In this document: positions 55,239-63,319 of the stretch, piece after piece
Numbering within the stretch: the first letter of the stretch is position 1
How the letters are laid out: each line of letters opens with the position of its first letter
Virus record (IMG/VR): IMGVR_UViG_3300044833_000023
Coordinates: 1 to 63,319 of that record
Reading direction: 5' to 3' (one strand)
Source of the DNA: a virus
Taxonomy: Duplodnaviria > Caudoviricetes
DNA: 63,319 nt
Made by a program: the position numbers and the translations under genes
Notes under the pieces: model-generated
The model's input: the letters and a program-made list of their open reading frames with translations, nothing else
What the model was told of the DNA's origin: nothing
Database searches by the model: none

Positions 55239-55768
55239 GCGAGCGCCGCTTTCAGTCCATCGACTTCCGCGGCGAACACGGCGTCGGCCGCAACCCGGGC
55301 TGCGATCTTGCGAACGGCATGGAGGACGGTGGTGTGGTCGCGCCCGCCGAACCTGCGGCCCATCCGCGGGTAGGAGAGCCCCGTCAACTCCTTCGCGAGG
55401 TACATCGCGACTTGACGCGGGAAGACGATGTTGGGCTGGCGCCGCTCCGAGGTCATCTCGATGCGCGGTATCTCGTAGTGGTCGGCTACGACGGCCTGGA
55501 TTTTTTCGATCGGCAGCGGCATTACGAGCCGCGCCTTCTCGGCGGCAGCGTCGGCGTCGATCATGTTTGAAAATATCTTGTACTGGCGCTCCATCCATCC
55601 TGCGTTGGAGCGCTGCACTTCGCGCGCCTTCTCGGCCCGCGCCGCCTGCGCCTGCTTCCTCTGAGAGATGACGTTCGCGGCGTGCCGATCGGCGGCTGCG
55701 GCGATGCGACCGTGGAATGCGGCGTGCTGGTTATGGGCGGCCATTGCGGTGGGTGACAATGCGAGCAT
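55235..55768 (-). CDS. DnaA C-terminal (domain IV HTH) protein
   Basis: [35 protein letters not shown]; no AAA+ domain. Confidence 0.9.
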   Translation of the reverse strand: MLALSPTAMAAHNQHAAFHGRIAAAADRHAANVISQRKQAQAARAEKAREVQRSNAGWMERQYKIFSNMIDADAAAEKARLVMPLPIEKIQAVVADHYEIPRIEMTSERRQPNIVFPRQVAMYLAKELTGLSYPRMGRRFGGRDHTTVLHAVRKIAARVAADAVFAAEVDGLKAALA

Positions 55769-55901
55769 CAACGTCTCCGTCAGATGAGAATGAGGATGTA
55801 GATTGCGGTGGGAACGCCGAGTGCGACGGCGAACCACGCGACGATTGCCGCGATGTCGACGAGCATCTGAATGAATGGATTTCTGCGGAGCAGCGGATGC
55901 A

Positions 55902-56138
55902 TCACGCGGCCTCCGCTCTGGATGGAAACTGCATGAAGTGCGAGGCGCGGAGGCCCTTTCCGTAGCGCTTGGACCAGCGCAGCAGCTTCATCGCGGCCAT
56001 GTGGGGCACGATGCCGCCGGTTCCGGAGCGCGCTTCGGGGTAGCGCCAGCGGCAGACCCGGGTGTAATCCGCGCCGGTGATGCGGGCGACCTTCTCCGGA
56101 CTTCCTACCTTGGAGATGATTGACGCGGCCGGGTTCAT
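55902..56138 (-). CDS. Cro-like HTH repressor
   Basis: II.K.G...VA.ITG....V.RW..GTGG.VP; divergent from cI. Confidence 0.8.
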   Translation of the reverse strand: MNPAASIISKVGSPEKVARITGADYTRVCRWRYPEARSGTGGIVPHMAAMKLLRWSKRYGKGLRASHFMQFPSRAEAA

Positions 56139-56147
56139 GTGATTATT

Positions 56148-56217
56148 TTTGCCCATACCGCTATATTTGCTTAAATCGCCAAATTGTCAACCCTTGATCT
56201 TTGCTATTTCGGCTATA
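56148..56217. promoter_or_regulatory. OR-like region: three TTTGC-N7-GCNA(A/T)A operators plus a divergent promoter
   Basis: Sites at 56148-56165, 56166-56183 and 56200-56217; minus-strand TTGACA at 56185-56190. Confidence 0.75.
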
Positions 56218-56252
56218 GATTGTTTCATCACGGTACAGTGAGTGTGGAAACC

Positions 56253-57023
56253 ATGAGTAAGGTCCACGAAGAACAGCGTCGGTGGCTGGCCGATGAACTG
56301 AAGAAGAAAGGCTGGGGCGCCAAGAGCGCTCTCGCCAAGCACCTCGGCGTGCGCAACGAAGCCATCACCCGCATCATCACGGAGAAGGACGCCCGGTCCT
56401 ATCGCGAGATTTCATTCGCCGAGCTCGTGAAGATGGCCGAATTCTTCGGTTCAGCGCCGCCGGGACTCAGTTCGCTTGTTGCGAGTTCGCCACACCGCGA
56501 AATATCTACAGATAAGTCGGGAGCCGAACAAAATAAAGCTGGCATTGTCGCAGGCACAACCTCTACTACTGCTGCCAGTGCGACATCTCGGAGCCCGGGA
56601 ACCGTTATCCCGCAGGCGGAACTTGTCGGTAACCGCGATTTGCCAGTTTTCGGCATGTCACAAATCGACAAGGGGCTGGGAATGTTGAGTGTATCAGCAG
56701 TCGAGTATGCGTCCCGACCCGAACCTCTCCTAAAGGTTCCCGAGGGCTATGGCATCATCGTCGCGGACAACGCGATGTCACCGGAGCTTGAAACCGGATG
56801 GACAGCCCTCGTCCACCCACATCTGCCGGCCCAGGTCGGCGACACCTGCTTATTCCGCCGCGTCAACGCGGACGGCCGCACCGAAGTCCTCATCAGAAAG
56901 CTGACGCGGATCACGCCGACGTCATGGCACGTCCTGCAATACGAACCCCGGCACAACGTGGCATTAAAGCGGTCGGATTGGGACGATTGTCACGTAACGG
57001 TGGGTAACTACAAAAGGCGCTGA
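56253..57023 (+). CDS. CI-like repressor (HTH plus S24-like domain)
   Basis: N-terminal HTH KSALAKHLGV...ITRI; C-terminal S24 fold pattern YGIIV.DNAM.P...G..ALVHP. Confidence 0.85.
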   Translation: MSKVHEEQRRWLADELKKKGWGAKSALAKHLGVRNEAITRIITEKDARSYREISFAELVKMAEFFGSAPPGLSSLVASSPHREISTDKSGAEQNKAGIVAGTTSTTAASATSRSPGTVIPQAELVGNRDLPVFGMSQIDKGLGMLSVSAVEYASRPEPLLKVPEGYGIIVADNAMSPELETGWTALVHPHLPAQVGDTCLFRRVNADGRTEVLIRKLTRITPTSWHVLQYEPRHNVALKRSDWDDCHVTVGNYKRR

Positions 57024-57030
57024 ACGCCTA

Positions 57031-57084
57031 TTTTGCTATTTGTGCAAAATAACATTTGACAAATTTTGCCATAAGCGCCAATCT
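57031..57084 (+). promoter_or_regulatory. OL/PL-like region: two operators flanking a sigma70-type promoter
   Basis: TTTTGC-N7-GCAAAA at 57031-57049, TTTTGC-N7-GCCAAT at 57064-57082, TTGACA at 57056 and CAATCT 17 nt later. Confidence 0.78.
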
Positions 57085-57116
57085 CTCCCTGATACTCAAA
57101 CAGGGAGACCCTGCCT

Positions 57117-57569
57117 ATGCGCTTCATCATCTCCACCCCCGAAGAACACGACCGATCGCTCCACGCCAAAGAAGAAGCCGGCCGATGGTTCGCCGACGCG
57201 ACCAAGGCCCAGGCCGCGCTGTTCAATCTGACCATGGCGGACATCAGCCCCTACAAGGGTTCGCCGCGCTGGGACCGCGCCGCCGAGGCCGCCCGTAAGG
57301 CATTCGAGGGCAGCACCGCAGGCGCCCGCGCCGTGGCCGACATGGTTGAACGCGACATCATGGAGACCGGCGAAATCCGCGAGAGCACGTCCTACGCTTA
57401 CGACGCGCTGATGATGGGAGAGCCACCCGCCGTCACCGACATCGAACAGCGCAACGCTGCCTTCGCTGACTTCCTGCGCGCGAACAGCCTTGAGACGGCG
57501 ATACGCAATAGCCGCGTCGCCGAGCCGCTGCGGTCGATCATCAACTCGTTCTCGGGAGCCCGGGCATGA
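57117..57569 (+). CDS. First early-left hypothetical protein
   Basis: GGGAG RBS downstream of the PL-like promoter. Confidence 0.7.
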   Translation: MRFIISTPEEHDRSLHAKEEAGRWFADATKAQAALFNLTMADISPYKGSPRWDRAAEAARKAFEGSTAGARAVADMVERDIMETGEIRESTSYAYDALMMGEPPAVTDIEQRNAAFADFLRANSLETAIRNSRVAEPLRSIINSFSGARA

Positions 57570-57865
57570 GAGCCTATTGCTATTCATCTGGCCTGATCGA
57601 ATTCGGCCGCAACGTGCCGTCCGGCGCGCTGCCGATCGCGCGCGGTCCCGCAAAGTCGCTCCGTGATTTCATTGAGGCGACGGCCCGCCACGGCTATCGC
57701 ACCCGGAAGGTAAGGGGGCGACCGACAAAAATCCCCGGCACCGAACGCCTGCTCGTTCCTGGCGTGCCCGAGGCGTCCGACCAGACGGCGGCTCTCGATG
57801 CGCTGCTGGCGTGGTGCGCTTGGATCGCCAAGAGCGCCCCCGGCGGCATCAAGGTGTGGTCATGA
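57566..57865 (+). CDS. Small phage protein of the family often annotated as host-nuclease inhibitor
   Basis: AY..SSGLIEFG..VP.GALPIA..ARH..LLVPGVPEA. Confidence 0.6.
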   Translation: MRAYCYSSGLIEFGRNVPSGALPIARGPAKSLRDFIEATARHGYRTRKVRGRPTKIPGTERLLVPGVPEASDQTAALDALLAWCAWIAKSAPGGIKVWS

Positions 57866-60381
57866 CCCCCGCCGAGCACGAGCGCAAGATCGGCAAGCTG
57901 CATCGCATCCGCATCGAACTGAGCGCGGAGGCCCGCAACATCGAGCTGCTGTTGGCGGAGCGTATAGCCCTCGCCAAGGCGGCCGATGCTCTCGCCGAGG
58001 CCATCCGGGTCATGGAGGCGCGGCGATGACCTATCCCGACTTTCCAGATTTCCTCCGCATCCCGCAGGCCGAGCGCTACGCGGCATGGCGTGGCCGCAAG
58101 CTGACCACGCAGGGCAGCGGCTTCAAAGCCGCTGTCTCCAAGGCCGAGGAAGCCGCCACGCGCCAACTCCGCAAGGAGTTGGACGCCCGCGAAGAAGCCA
58201 AGAAAACCGCGCGCTTCGCCGCGCTGCGCGAACTGAGGGCGCGGCCATGACGGATTGCAAGCACTTCCCGTGCATCGCCGGCGACTGCGATTGCGATTTG
58301 AAAACGGAGCGGACAACAGGAGAGCAGCCCGCAAGGCTGACAAGTCACCGCTCCGGACCGCCGTTCCAGGGGACGCCCTGCTTTAACTCTGGGCCGATAC
58401 CCGAGGACGGCGGTCACCATTTCGACGACAACTACGACGACGACCCCAACGAGGGCTGCACAAACAAGGGCGGCCACGAATTCGTCGAGGAAGATACCGG
58501 CGAACGCCCCGAAGGTCGCTCCTACTGCCAATGGTGCGGCGCCGATGGTGACGCATGAACGAAGCCCGCCGCAAGAAGCTGGAGCGCGTCATCGTCTCGC
58601 TCGACAAGGCGGTGAAGGTCGTTTTCCGCGTGTCGCAGGATGAGAAGTCGGCCTTCGGACATTTGCCCGAGGGCATACAGGGCGCCGATCGGGGCGCAGC
58701 GATGGAAGCGGCCATCAGCGAACTGGATCAGGCGCTCGACCACATCAACGACGCCATCGCGAACATCGAGAATGCAAGGGGACCGGCATGAGCATCGATC
58801 AAAATATCTCGGACCTGTTTTTCAACACCGATCTGCGCGGCGCGGAACTGACGCGCGACAGCGACGGCGTGTTCCAAGGCTATGACGACGACAAGCTGCG
58901 CGATGACGCGCAGATGTTCCTCAACTGTCTGGAGTGGCTCGGCGTGGCAATCCCGTCCGTGGACGACCTGATCGCCGACTTCGAGACGAGAGTATGAACC
59001 GGCCCGCTGACATCGCGCTGCCCGAGGGCTGGGATTGGGATCGCGTCGAGACGTCCCGCGCGAAGTGGGGCATCGACGACACCATGGTCCCGATCGCCAC
59101 GGCTCCCGGCTGCACCGCCTGGGGCACCATCAACAGCGTCCGGCTGCTCCGCGAGCCGCACGACTACAGGAACAGGGTTGCGATCCCATGAGCGACACAA
59201 GCCGAGGGGGGGGCATGGCGGACCGTCTCTACGTCGATGAGAGCTTCGATCGGGCAACGTACCTCATGACCATCCGCGCCGACACGCGCCGCGAGCTATC
59301 GGCGCGCGTCAAGGAATTCGACGTCGGGCACGCGAAGATGCTCCGCGCCTACCGCTCCGGGCCACAGTGGGTCGGACTCGTTCAAATCGTTACCTCAACG
59401 CTAGAAGGAAAGTGAATGTCGCACGAAGCGAATAGATGGATCATCACGTCGCACAAATTCCGCGAGCATAAGTCGGTCGAGGCCGCAATCGCGGAGTTCA
59501 AGCGCATCCAGAGCGTGAGTGCGAACCCGGAAAAATTCAGGATGGTACGCATCAAGCGCACCTGCCATGACCCTGCCTGCTCGATCTACGGCACCGACGA
59601 CACCGGTACGCCGCGCTGCAACTGCCCGCTGGGGGATTACGACGACATGATCGCGGACGTCGCCGCAGAAATGGCCGCGTCGTGAAGGCCGCCAAGATCA
59701 TCCCCGTCGATCGCGACCGCGAGAACGTCCTCCGCGCCGAGATCGGGGAAGTCGTCGGCCGTCATCGCGCCGCAATGGAGGCCGAGATCGCGCCGCAGAT
59801 GAAGGAACTGGCCGACATCGTGTCAACGCGGCCGATCATGGTCACGACTGACAGTGGCTACACGTACATCTACCGACCGGCGACGCCCGCCGGAGAGAGG
59901 CGACGATGATAAATCTGGTTCAACAGCTACAGGCTCGCGTCTCGGAACTGCTCCAGTTCAACAATGAATTCGAGGAACGCGCCCGCGTGGCGGAACGCCG
60001 CGTGAAGGAGTTGGAGACGGCGCTGAAGCCGTTCTCTGACCTTGCGCGTCGTTTCGGCGATACAGCGCGCGAGGATGGCTGGGAAATAACCCGCAATCCG
60101 AGCGGCAAGGACAATCTGACGATGGGCGACTGCCGCGACGCCCTCCGCGTTCTACTGAGGAATGCAGCATGACCCTTGGATTGTTTGACACGGCGACGGT
60201 GGCAGTCTCGATCAGCGGGGCCGAACTGCTGGCCCTGAAGAAGCTGTCGCTGGTATCGCACGCGCTCGCCATGACACTCGGAGGCCCGGGCGGCCGCGAA
60301 CAAGCGGCGCTGGCAACGGCACTGGATGACCTGCTGCGGCAGATCGAGATCGGCATCGGCCGGGGATCGGTGCCGTCATGA
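57862..60381 (+). CDS. Run of small coupled early genes (57862-58029, 58026-58250, 58247-58558, 58555-58791, 58788-58997, 58994-59191, 59188-59415, 59416-59685, 59682-59909, 59906-60172, 60169-60381)
   Basis: Near-continuous ATGA/GTGA overlaps; no recognisable domains. Confidence 0.65.
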
Positions 60382-60917
60382 CGCTCAGTCCCGTCGAAGT
60401 AACCGGTTCCGCGGTCTTCTCCGGTGATGGTGTCTACCGTTACCGGCTTGAGCGCATCCTGCCGGAGGGGCAGAAGACCGCCGCGGTGCTGATGGTCAAC
60501 CCATCGAAGGCCGGCGCCGACCTCAATGACCCGACCGTCGGCAAGGTGATCGGCTTCGCGGAGCGGCTGAACATCCGCCGCGTCATCGTCGGCAACGAAT
60601 TTGCGTTCTGCTCGACTAACATCAAGGGCCTGCGGACCGCGAAAGACCCGATTGGTCCGAACAACGACGTCAATCTCGAACAGATCATGCGCGACGCCGA
60701 CATCCACATCGTCGCCTGGGGCGCGCTGGCGAAGCTGCCCGAGGTTCTGCGCAAGCGATGGATCGACGTCGTGAGGATCGCCGATCGCGTCGGCTGCAAG
60801 TTGCATTGCATCGGCACCAACGCCGACGGCCATCCCAAGCATCCGCTGATGACCGGCTACGACGTCCCGATGACGGAGTGGACCGTTCCGTGGTTCCCGA
60901 ACAGGAGAGCGGCATGA
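60378..60917 (+). CDS. DUF1643 family protein
   Basis: YRYRL.R..MVNPS.A..DPT..N.FA..AWG..G.N.DGHPKHPL. Confidence 0.88.
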   Translation: MTLSPVEVTGSAVFSGDGVYRYRLERILPEGQKTAAVLMVNPSKAGADLNDPTVGKVIGFAERLNIRRVIVGNEFAFCSTNIKGLRTAKDPIGPNNDVNLEQIMRDADIHIVAWGALAKLPEVLRKRWIDVVRIADRVGCKLHCIGTNADGHPKHPLMTGYDVPMTEWTVPWFPNRRAA

Positions 60918-62060
60918 ACCAGTGCGAAATCTCAGCGCGCGACGCCGGCTGGTTTCGCTGGTTTGGAATGTGGCTGCACACTCTCCCGTGGGAGAGCGGG
61001 TTCGAGCGACCGCACTACATCATCGGCACGGCGCGGGACGTCTGCCTTCTGCAAGGACTGGCAACGGGAGAGGGATTATGAGCCGATCACCCAACGATGG
61101 TAGCCCGGATGACGAGCTTTACTTGGGCGAACCGCCGGAAGTTTGGGAGCAATGTCCCGACTGTCAAGGCGAAGGAGCTATCGAGAAGCCGCGCCCGTTC
61201 GCTGATGATCCCTATTTCTGCATCGTGGTCACTTGTGAGGCGTGTGACGGTGCTGGCGGCCGCATAAGTCACGGTGGGGGAGCGCCATGAGACCCGAGGA
61301 CATCATCGCGGACTTCCTTGAGAGGCTTGACCTGACGAAGACGTCGGCCGACGACGCCGCGCGAGACCTGATCGCCCTGCTCGAAAGCAATCATCTCTAC
61401 CTCGACGGGGCCGGCGACTGCGATGGGTGCTGCTGATGAGGATCGTCTACGATCCCAACGCGCTCGAAGACACCGATGAGCGGCTGTTCCCGCACTCGCG
61501 GCACCGCTCATCGCGCATCCTCAAGAAGCTGATCCGGCGCCACGGCGGCACCTACCGCAAGCAGCCCTGCATCTTCCGTTGCCCCGAGATGATAATCGCG
61601 CATCCGTCGTTCAAGGCCGAGATCGAGCGGAAGACGCAGCCCGCCGACAATTATTACGGATACAACCTTTACGCGGGGTTCCTCCGATGAGGACCATCGA
61701 GTGGAACTTGGAGACTACCATGCAGGGCGCCGATTGGTCTGGCGAGATTGAGGTCGAAGACAGCGCGACCGATGAGGAAATCGACGCCATCGTGCGCGAT
61801 GAAGTGTTCAACATCGTGTCGTGGGGCTGGACGGAGAAGGGTAAGACGGCATGACAACCTTCACCACCGCTGAAAAGCGCGATGCGGTCCTCCGCGAACT
61901 GGTTGAGCATAAGCGCAATCCGGCAAATTCCCGCCGCGTACCCGGCGCCTTTTGGTCGGCTAAGGCCAGCGACTGGACATGGTATGGTCAGTGGAATGGG
62001 CGTGTGGGCCCGGACTGGACCGTGACGCATTGGATGCCCATGCCGGACGCCCCAGAATGA
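60914..62060 (+). CDS. Small early genes, including a DnaJ-like Zn-finger protein (61078-61290), 61436-61690, 61687-61854 and a DUF551-like protein (61851-62060)
   Basis: CPDCQGEG..CEACDGAG; VTHWMPMP; coupled starts. Confidence 0.6.
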
Positions 62061-62383
62061 CGCGACCGCTGGACGACGACGCGCTGATAACGCTAAAGCA
62101 AGCCTGCGAGATCGGCTCCGAGGGCGGCTTGACCGTCGCCACCCTGAAGGCCGAGTGGCGTCGGAGCAACCTCGAAATATCAAAGATCGGCCGCACCCTG
62201 TTCACCACCAGAGCCAAGCTAAAAGCTATGGAGGAAAAATGCCGCGTAGACCCGCCGGACCTCGACTATGGTTCGATAAAACGCGCCAACGCTGGACGAT
62301 CAGCGACGGCAAAATTAAACGCCGCACAGATTGCCGTCGCGAGCAGACTGTCCGAGCCGAAAAAGAACTCCAGGCATATATAG
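62057..62383 (+). CDS. Putative excisionase overlapping the integrase start
   Basis: LITLKQAC..LTVATLK.E..R.NL...KIGR..FTT winged-HTH pattern directly upstream of int. Confidence 0.7.
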   Translation: MTRPLDDDALITLKQACEIGSEGGLTVATLKAEWRRSNLEISKIGRTLFTTRAKLKAMEEKCRVDPPDLDYGSIKRANAGRSATAKLNAAQIAVASRLSEPKKNSRHI

Positions 62384-63243
62384 CCTCGAAGCACGTCGTC
62401 GAGAACACGTCGACCGGCATCGGCGACATCCTGCTGGCCTACATCGACGAAGTGGTCGAGGGCAAGATCAGCGAGAAGGAGGTCAAGTCCTGCCTGAAGC
62501 CGCTCAATAAGTGGTGGGGCAGCAAGGTCATCTCCGACATCACGCCGGCGAACTGCAAGGCGTACTCGAAGTCGAGAGGCGAGGCGCAGTCATCGGCGCG
62601 CAACGAACTTGCCTACCTCCGCGCCGCCCTCAACCACTGGCACAAGACCCACAAGCCGATCATCATCCCCCCCATGACGATGCCGGCCGCTCCCGGTTCC
62701 CGCGTCCGATGGCTGACGCGCGATGAGGCCGCCGCGTTCCTTTGGGCCGCCCGCAGGAGCCCGCACATCGCCAGGTTCTTCATCATCGGCTGGTACAGCG
62801 GGAGCCGGAAGGCCGTCATTCTAAATTCGCGCTGGCCGATGGTGGACCTGAAAAGCAGGATCATGCACAGGAAGCCTCCGGGGGCCGTACAGACGAAGAA
62901 GCGCGCCCCGCCATACCGCATCGGAAACCGGCTTTTAACGCACCTGCGACGCTGGCGCCGACTCGACGGCAAGCAGGAACTCATTATACGGTTCGGGGGC
63001 CGCAATCAGGGTGGCGTGCTCCACCAGATCGACCGCGGCTGGGCAAAGGCGAGGATCGCGGCTGGGCTCCCCGAGGACGTCACGCCGCATACGCTGCGCC
63101 ATAGCCGAGCCACATGGCTGATGAAGCAGGGCGTAGACATCTGGCAATCCGCGCAGTTCCTCGGCATGTCGGTCAAAATGCTCGAAACGGTCTACGGTCA
63201 TCACCGGCCAGAGTGGCAGACGAGCGCCGCAGATGCGAGGTAA
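62239..63243 (+). CDS. int: Tyrosine integrase
   Basis: GGAGG RBS; YSGSR (catalytic R), HTLRH (HxxR), VYGHH (catalytic Y). Confidence 0.93.
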   Translation: MPRRPAGPRLWFDKTRQRWTISDGKIKRRTDCRREQTVRAEKELQAYIASKHVVENTSTGIGDILLAYIDEVVEGKISEKEVKSCLKPLNKWWGSKVISDITPANCKAYSKSRGEAQSSARNELAYLRAALNHWHKTHKPIIIPPMTMPAAPGSRVRWLTRDEAAAFLWAARRSPHIARFFIIGWYSGSRKAVILNSRWPMVDLKSRIMHRKPPGAVQTKKRAPPYRIGNRLLTHLRRWRRLDGKQELIIRFGGRNQGGVLHQIDRGWAKARIAAGLPEDVTPHTLRHSRATWLMKQGVDIWQSAQFLGMSVKMLETVYGHHRPEWQTSAADAR

Positions 63244-63319
63244 GAGTACCGTAGGAGTACCAATCGAGTGAAAACTGGCAAAAATAAAGGGATTTTGGCC
63301 AAAGCATCGATATCTGCTA
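63193..63319. repeat. 127-bp exact terminal direct repeat, copy 2
   Basis: Identical to bases 1-127. Confidence 0.97.

Larger units (their letters stand above)
1..63319. mobile_element. Complete temperate phage genome (podovirus-like), circular form
   Basis: Integrase, excisionase, cI/cro, replication, terminase, portal, capsid, tail and lysis modules are all present; no host housekeeping genes; ends overlap; no tape-measure or sheath gene seen. Confidence 0.93.

Noticed and set aside
55235-55768. Calling this gene dnaA
   Set aside because: Only domain IV is present; there is no AAA+ domain.
56476-56688. Alternative-frame ORF inside the cI linker
   Set aside because: TTG start without an RBS and no convincing protein-like pattern.

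Overview
The window is one apparently complete, circular temperate phage genome of about 63,192 bp. Bases 1-127 repeat exactly at 63193-63319, which looks like an assembly overlap. It is GC-rich, and its gene content (GapR/DUF2312, DUF1376 initiator, DnaA-C-domain protein, TIGR02594-like hydrolase) points to an alphaproteobacterial, probably Rhizobiales/Bradyrhizobium-like host; that host call is inference. The long minus-strand arm runs cro, recombination/replication genes, accessory genes, an ncRNA/tRNA cluster, terminase, portal, tail spike, scaffold, capsid, podovirus-type tail and ejection genes, a 4523-aa polyvalent (DarB-like) protein and lysis genes. The plus-strand arm runs cI, small early genes, excisionase, tyrosine integrase and attP. 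The most unusual signals are: (1) two protein-like ORFs nested in the +1 frame inside low-complexity linkers of the giant protein; (2) a tRNA-scaffold RNA with an 8-bp acceptor stem and expanded anticodon and T loops, beside a canonical tRNA-Thr; (3) a PSS(Y/F)GE peptide doublet shared by the giant protein and a distant lytic transglycosylase; (4) a CI-like repressor whose S24 catalytic residues look substituted. All family calls come from motif recognition by eye, not from database searches.
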